The notes under the pieces are model-generated. The model worked only from the letters and a program-made list of their open reading frames with translations, searched no databases and was not told the DNA's origin. Positions 6,365 through 11,250 of a stretch of DNA of 11,250 nucleotides are shown here, piece by piece. Both the position numbers and the translations under genes were made by a program. Source of the DNA: Thermovirgaceae bacterium (lineage in GTDB: Bacteria > Synergistota > Synergistia > Synergistales > Thermovirgaceae); contig JBKHBH010000070.1 of assembly GCA_046542505.1 (NCBI GenBank), positions 1-11,250 of the forward strand, written 5' to 3'. Positions within the stretch are counted from its first letter, which is position 1, and every line of letters starts with the position of its first letter.

Positions 6365-7150
6365 TTGGCCAAAAGGGAATATTTCGTCAAGTCGGTATTG
6401 AAGGCTCTCGATATTCTGGAACTTCTTGATAGGGAACCGGATCTTGGCGTCACGGAGATCGCCGGGAAGCTTGACATGGAAAAGAGCACGGCCTTCAGGC
6501 TTGTCAATTCCCTGAAGCTTCGCGGATATGTCCGGAAGGATCCTGAAAATAACAGGTATTCCAACGGATTCAGGCTTTTCGAAATGGGAAATAACGTGGT
6601 GAAAAACATGGGGCTGAAAGAACAGGCCTTTCCTTTCCTGCAGGAATTGTCCAAAAGAACCAACGAAGCGGTGAACCTGGCCATACAGGACGGCAGGGAT
6701 GTCGTGTACCTTGACAAGATAGAGAGCCAGGCCACGATAAAAGTGGATCTCCATGTCGGGAAAAGGATGCCCATGTACTGCACGGGGCTGGGGAAAGCCC
6801 TTCTCGCATTCATGGATCCAGCGGAAGTGGAGGAACTTTACTCTGGTGAAACCTTCGAATCCTTTACTTCGACCACCCACGGTGATCTCGCCTCCCTGAT
6901 GGATGAACTTGAAGAGATACGGCAACGGGGCTATGCCTGGGACAACGAGGAATATGTCCAGGATATCGTCTGCATAGCGGCTCCCGTGTTCGGCATCGGG
7001 AACGATGTGGTGGCAGCCATAAGCGTTGCGTTGCCAAAATTCCGATACGATGGCGATCCCGGGAAATTTCAGGAAACAAGGGACCATGTCGTCGATGTCG
7101 CCGAAAAACTCAGCCTGGCCCTGAAAGGACTTGCCCAAAGCATGGTTTGA
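6365..7150 (+). CDS. IclR family transcriptional regulator
   Basis: N-terminal HTH SVLKALDILELL...LGVTEIAGKLDMEKSTAFRLVNSLKLRGYV, and effector domain motifs VGKRMPMYCTGLGKALLAF, IRQRGYAWDNEE and CIAAPVF...VAAISV. The start is either TTG 6365 (preceded by GGTGAGG) or GTG 6356. Confidence 0.95.
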   Translation: MAKREYFVKSVLKALDILELLDREPDLGVTEIAGKLDMEKSTAFRLVNSLKLRGYVRKDPENNRYSNGFRLFEMGNNVVKNMGLKEQAFPFLQELSKRTNEAVNLAIQDGRDVVYLDKIESQATIKVDLHVGKRMPMYCTGLGKALLAFMDPAEVEELYSGETFESFTSTTHGDLASLMDELEEIRQRGYAWDNEEYVQDIVCIAAPVFGIGNDVVAAISVALPKFRYDGDPGKFQETRDHVVDVAEKLSLALKGLAQSMV

Positions 7151-7209
7151 CCCGACGGGGAGTGTTTTCCCTGCCGAAAATGTGAAAAGGAAAGGGAGAG
7201 GATAGTGAT

Positions 7210-8040
7210 ATGGCCAAGGTAACGATCCCGGCAATAAAGAAAATGAAGGAAGACGGGCGCAAGATCACCATGGTCACGGCATACGACTACACCCAGGCTT
7301 CTCTCGCCGAAAAGGTCGGAATCGACATTATTCTGGTAGGGGATTCCCTTGCGATGACGTTACTCGGCCACGAAGGGACAATCGCCCTGACGACGGAGGA
7401 GATGATCGCCCACATCAAGCCCGTGGTGAAAGGGGCCCCGACACCGCAAATAGTCGGGGACATGGTTTTCGGATCCTACAACGAAAGCCTGGCCCAGGCC
7501 ATCCACAACGCCAGCCGCCTGATGAAAGAAGGCGGCTGCGACAGCATCAAGCTGGAAGGAGGAAGGCCCGACGTGGTGAAGGCCATCGTGGAGGCCGGGG
7601 TTCCGGTCCAGGGGCACATCGGGCTCACTCCCCAGACGGCGTCCATGCTTGGAGGGTTCAAGGTCCAGGGAAAGAGCCTTGACGCCGCAAAAAAACTAAT
7701 CGACGATGCCAGGGCCATTGAAGAAGCCGGAGCCTATTCCATCGTGGTGGAGTGTGTTCCCGAAGAGCTCGGAAGAGCCATCACCGAGGCGGTAACGATT
7801 CCGACCATCGGGATCGGAGCCGGCCGGTACTGTGACGGCCAGGTTCTGGTTTATCACGACATGCTTGGCATGTTCGACAAGTTTGTTCCGAAGTTCGTCA
7901 AGCAATACGCCAAAATCGGCGATGAGATTGTGAAGGCTCTTGAGCAATACAGGGATGAGGTCATATCCGGAGAGTTCCCCGAAGAGCGGCATGTTTTCGG
8001 AGGACTGACCAGAGAAGACATCGAAAGCCTGAAAGACTGA
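7210..8040 (+). CDS. panB: 3-methyl-2-oxobutanoate hydroxymethyltransferase (ketopantoate hydroxymethyltransferase)
   Basis: Motifs ITMVTAYDY, ILVGDSLAM, IVGDMVFGSY, IKLEGG, VQGHIGLTPQ, VVECVP, PTIGIGAG and DGQVLVYHDMLG are all canonical for PanB. Confidence 0.96.
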   Translation: MAKVTIPAIKKMKEDGRKITMVTAYDYTQASLAEKVGIDIILVGDSLAMTLLGHEGTIALTTEEMIAHIKPVVKGAPTPQIVGDMVFGSYNESLAQAIHNASRLMKEGGCDSIKLEGGRPDVVKAIVEAGVPVQGHIGLTPQTASMLGGFKVQGKSLDAAKKLIDDARAIEEAGAYSIVVECVPEELGRAITEAVTIPTIGIGAGRYCDGQVLVYHDMLGMFDKFVPKFVKQYAKIGDEIVKALEQYRDEVISGEFPEERHVFGGLTREDIESLKD

Positions 8041-8058
8041 AAAGGTGGCTGTTCCCAG

Positions 8059-8973
8059 ATGAAGATAGCTGTGCTTGGCTCGGGAGCGATGGGGTGTCTC
8101 TATGGAGGTTCCCTTGCGGAAGCAGGGTTTGATGTGACCCTGATCGATGTGTGGAAGGAACATGTGGATGCCATCAACTCCAATGGGCTCCACATCGAGG
8201 GCGTCACCGGGGACCGGGTCATAAAGGATATTTCCGCCGTCACCGATTTTTCGTCCCTCGGCACTGTAGACCTGCTCGTGGTTTTCGTAAAGGCGACCAT
8301 TACGGAAGAGGCCATGGAAGAGGCCAGGGGGCTCGTGGGCGACAAGACGGTGGTGCTGACCCTCCAGAACGGTCTCGGGAATATCGAGAAAATCGGTGCC
8401 GTCGTTGGGAAGGACAAGGTGATGGCAGGGACTACTGGGCACGGCTCGACGATGCTTGGCCCGGGGCACATCCGGCACGCTGGTTCGGGTGACACCACAC
8501 TGGGCGAGCTTGACGGCTCAAAAACGGAAAGGCTCGAGAAGGTGGCCGAAATGTTCCGGAAGGCCGGGTTCAGCATCATCCTGTCATCCAACGTGGTCGG
8601 TTTGATCTGGGACAAGCTTCTTGTCAACATCGGGATCAATCCCCTCACGGCCCTGACAGGGCTTCGGAACGGACAGCTCCTTGATTTCGCCGAAACGGAG
8701 GAGCTTCTCGAATCCCTCGTGAGCGAGGCCCGGGAAGTCGCAAAACGGCAGGGAATCCAGCTGAGCTGCGATCCCGTGGAGCACACGAAGGATGTCTGCC
8801 GTCGGACGAAAGAAAACATGTCCTCCATGTTCCAGGATGTGACGAAAAAGCGGAAGACCGAAATAGACGTCATCAACGGCGCCATCGTGGAAGAAGGAAA
8901 GAAACTGGGTGTCGAAACACCCGTCAACAGGGTGATCACGAAACTGATAAAGGTCAGGGAGAAGACTTACTGA
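8059..8973 (+). CDS. panE: 2-dehydropantoate 2-reductase (PanE/ApbA family)
   Basis: Rossmann motif MKIAVLGSGAMG, then LTLQNGLG, IWDKLLVNIGINPLTAL (catalytic Lys), SSMFQD and KTEIDVINGAIV (catalytic Glu). It starts 18 bp after panB. Confidence 0.93.
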   Translation: MKIAVLGSGAMGCLYGGSLAEAGFDVTLIDVWKEHVDAINSNGLHIEGVTGDRVIKDISAVTDFSSLGTVDLLVVFVKATITEEAMEEARGLVGDKTVVLTLQNGLGNIEKIGAVVGKDKVMAGTTGHGSTMLGPGHIRHAGSGDTTLGELDGSKTERLEKVAEMFRKAGFSIILSSNVVGLIWDKLLVNIGINPLTALTGLRNGQLLDFAETEELLESLVSEAREVAKRQGIQLSCDPVEHTKDVCRRTKENMSSMFQDVTKKRKTEIDVINGAIVEEGKKLGVETPVNRVITKLIKVREKTY

Positions 8974-9078
8974 TCACCGGTCCTGCGGTTTTTCGCCCTC
9001 GGTGTTTTTGAAAAAACGTCCGGGACCCTGTCCGGGAAAAATGCGTGTAGGATATATAAGAAAGGATGTGTTGCTTCC

Positions 9079-10749
9079 ATGAACAGCGACAATGTCAAGA
9101 AAGGGTATGAACGGGTGCCCCACCGATCGCTTTTGAAGGCCGGAGGCTTCACCGACTGGGAGATCGAACGGCCCTGGATCGGCGTGGTCAACGCCTATAA
9201 CTCCATCATTCCCGGACACACCCACCTCAACAGGATTGCTGAAGCCGCGAAAAACGGCATCTATGCAGCCGGCGGGTTCCCTCTCGAGTTTCCCGTGATC
9301 GGGGTTTGTGACGGCATCGCCATGAATCATCCGGGGATGAAGTTTTCCCTCCCGAGCCGTGAACTGATCATGGATTCCATAGAGGTCATGGCGAAAGCCC
9401 ATGGTCTGGACGGGCTCGTGCTGGTCACCAACTGCGACAAGATCATACCGGGCATGGCAATGGCGGCGGCGAAGCTCAACATCCCGGCCATCGTTATCAG
9501 CGGCGGGCCCATGTTGGCCGGGAAGATCAAAAGCGGCGCCATCGACCTCAGCAACGCCTTCGAGGCCGTCGGGAAGTACGCATCGAAGAAGATGACCGAC
9601 GAGGAACTCAAGGAAGTTGAAGAGATCGCCTGCCCGACCTGCGGCTCCTGCGCGGGCATGTTTACGGCCAATACCATGAACTGCATGATGGAGGCCCTGG
9701 GCTTCGCCCTTCCGGGAAACGGCACCATCCCGGCGGTCTACGCCGCCAGGGAGCGGCTTGCCAAGGACACCGGAAGAGCGGTCATGGCCCTTGTCGAAAA
9801 GGACATCAAACCCCGGGATATCCTGACCCGTGAAGCCTTCGAGAATGCCGTGGCTGTGGATATGGCCCTGGGAGGGTCCACCAATACGGCACTGCACCTC
9901 CCCGCTATCGCTCATTCCGCCGGCCTCAGGCTTTCTCTTGACGACATGGACGAGATCAGCCGGAAGACGCCTCACCTTTGCAGCATGAGCCCTGCAGGCG
10001 CCCACCACATAGAGGACCTTTACGCCGCCGGCGGCATCCAGGCCGTCATGGCCAGGCTGGCGGAAGGCGGGCTCATCCACAAAGATGTGCTGACGGTAAC
10101 GACCCATAAGGCGGAGGACAACTTCAAAAACACCGTCGTCACGGATGAATCGGTCATCCGTCCTCTGGATAATCCGTATCATGCCCAGGGGGGCATCGCC
10201 GTCCTCAAGGGGAGCCTGGCACCCGAGGGAAGCGTGGTGAAACAAACGGCCGTCGCACCCGAAATGCTGCAACACAAGGGACCGGCGAGGGTCTTTGACT
10301 GCGAGGAGGATGCCTCGTCGGCCATCAGGGCCGGCAAGGTCGAAGCGGGCGATGTCATCGTCATCCGTTACGAAGGTCCCAAAGGTAGCCCGGGAATGCG
10401 GGAAATGCTTGGTCCTACCTCCAGCATTGCGGGCATGGGACTCGGCGAATCGGTTGCTCTCATCACCGACGGGCGGTTTTCGGGAGCGACAAGAGGCGCC
10501 TCCATCGGCCATGTCTCGCCCGAAGCGGCTGCGGGAGGACCCATCGGCCTGGTGAAAGAAGGCGACCTCATTGAAATCGACATTCCGGCCAGGAAGCTCA
10601 ATCTTCTGGTTGACGAGAAAGAACTCGAGGCGCGAAAAAGCGCCTTCAGGCCGAATGTCCAGGAAGTGGACAGCCCCTTCCTCGAGCGCTACCGCCAATT
10701 CGTGACCTCCGGGACCTCCGGGGCGGTCCTCGAGAAAGAGCAGGAATGA
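9079..10749 (+). CDS. ilvD: Dihydroxy-acid dehydratase (IlvD/Edd family)
   Basis: Motifs [66 protein letters not shown] and [23 protein letters not shown]; 556 aa. Confidence 0.95.
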   Translation: MNSDNVKKGYERVPHRSLLKAGGFTDWEIERPWIGVVNAYNSIIPGHTHLNRIAEAAKNGIYAAGGFPLEFPVIGVCDGIAMNHPGMKFSLPSRELIMDSIEVMAKAHGLDGLVLVTNCDKIIPGMAMAAAKLNIPAIVISGGPMLAGKIKSGAIDLSNAFEAVGKYASKKMTDEELKEVEEIACPTCGSCAGMFTANTMNCMMEALGFALPGNGTIPAVYAARERLAKDTGRAVMALVEKDIKPRDILTREAFENAVAVDMALGGSTNTALHLPAIAHSAGLRLSLDDMDEISRKTPHLCSMSPAGAHHIEDLYAAGGIQAVMARLAEGGLIHKDVLTVTTHKAEDNFKNTVVTDESVIRPLDNPYHAQGGIAVLKGSLAPEGSVVKQTAVAPEMLQHKGPARVFDCEEDASSAIRAGKVEAGDVIVIRYEGPKGSPGMREMLGPTSSIAGMGLGESVALITDGRFSGATRGASIGHVSPEAAAGGPIGLVKEGDLIEIDIPARKLNLLVDEKELEARKSAFRPNVQEVDSPFLERYRQFVTSGTSGAVLEKEQE

Positions 10750-10755
10750 AGGATC

Positions 10756-10789
10756 GGGGCCGCCGGGGACTTCCTCTTGCGGCGGTCCC
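10756..10789 (+). other. GC-rich stem-loop directly after the ilvD stop, with no U-tract
   Basis: GGGGCCGCCG (10756-10765) pairs with CGGCGGTCCC (10780-10789), 10 bp including one G-U pair. It is followed by ACAGG rather than a T-run. Confidence 0.55.
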
Positions 10790-10948
10790 ACAGGTCCCGT
10801 TTATCCAGGGCTGTACCCTGCAAGGCATTTTGTCAGGCATAAAGCCGTCGAAAGAGGTGAAACGAAGAAAAGATGTGAAGTGCAAGAACCGGTTTCCCCT
10901 CGGCATGGCTGAATTCAGTGCCAGAATGCGAAAGGGACGTGATATGCC

Positions 10949-11250
10949 ATGAGGAAAGTGCTCAAGCTCATCGACAGCATCAATGAATTCGCGGGTTTGC
11001 AGACGCGCTGGCTCTCCGTGATCCTGATGCTGATCGGTGTGATCGGTGTGGTCAGGAGGTACGCCCTGCATCAGTCCACCGTCTGGGAATACGAACTTAT
11101 TATCATGACCGGAGCCGCAATGTACGCCCTCTCCTGGGGATACGTCCACCTTCACCAGGCCCATACCCGCGTAGATATTTTCTACTATCGTTTGTCCGAC
11201 CGGGCAAAAGCGACGGTGGACTCCATATGTGCCCTGGTGTTTTTCTTCCC
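10949..11250 (+). CDS. TRAP transporter small permease (DctQ family), partial; runs off the 3' edge
   Basis: Absent from the ORF track because it has no stop in the window. Hand translation: MRKVLKLIDSINEFAGLQTRWLSVILMLIGVIGVVRRYALHQSTVWEYELIIMTGAAMYALSWGYVHLHQAHTRVDIFYYRLSDRAKATVDSICALVFFF. The V.RY....W..EL and H.RVD motifs are typical of DctQ. GGACGTGAT, an SD-like sequence, ends 5 nt upstream. Confidence 0.88.
   Translation, partial: MRKVLKLIDSINEFAGLQTRWLSVILMLIGVIGVVRRYALHQSTVWEYELIIMTGAAMYALSWGYVHLHQAHTRVDIFYYRLSDRAKATVDSICALVFFF

Noticed and set aside
6215..8939. Minus-strand ORFs 6215-7234, 7696-8478 and 8100-8939
   Set aside because: They overlap IclR, panB and panE in antisense and show no family motifs.
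8974..10791. 605-aa minus-strand ORF
   Set aside because: Antisense shadow of ilvD; the plus-strand gene is unambiguous.
10746..10952. 68-aa ORF overlapping both the ilvD stop and the TRAP start
   Set aside because: It is basic, has no recognisable motif and runs through a stable hairpin. The ATGA overlaps at both ends are curious but not enough to call a gene.
1..11250. CRISPR array, tRNA/rRNA, IS element or known riboswitch
   Set aside because: I saw no regularly spaced repeats, cloverleaf, transposase ORF, terminal inverted repeats or recognisable riboswitch consensus. A covariance-model scan would be needed to exclude small RNAs.

Overview
Bacterial genomic window, mostly GC-rich; the gene content fits an anaerobe, but the taxon cannot be fixed from the sequence. 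Left to right: (1) the 3' end of a tungsten/molybdenum aldehyde:ferredoxin oxidoreductase-family gene; (2) an accessory-looking patch (773-4203) with a class I SAM methyltransferase that appears C-terminally cut off, a lower-GC type IV TA antitoxin (AbiEi family) that has a promoter and inverted-repeat operator but no AbiEii toxin next to it, a DUF1624-like membrane protein and a divergent DUF488 protein; (3) a stand-alone 489-aa SelA-like fold-type-I PLP enzyme of unknown function with its own promoter and terminator; (4) an apparent operon of IclR regulator, panB, panE, ilvD and a TRAP small permease that runs off the right edge, preceded by a promoter and an IclR-like palindrome. I saw no rRNA, tRNA, CRISPR array or transposase. 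The best leads are the IclR/TRAP-associated panB-panE-ilvD cluster (possibly catabolic or salvage rather than housekeeping), the unknown PLP enzyme, and the orphan antitoxin/truncated methyltransferase module. All calls come from reading motifs by eye; no database searches were run.
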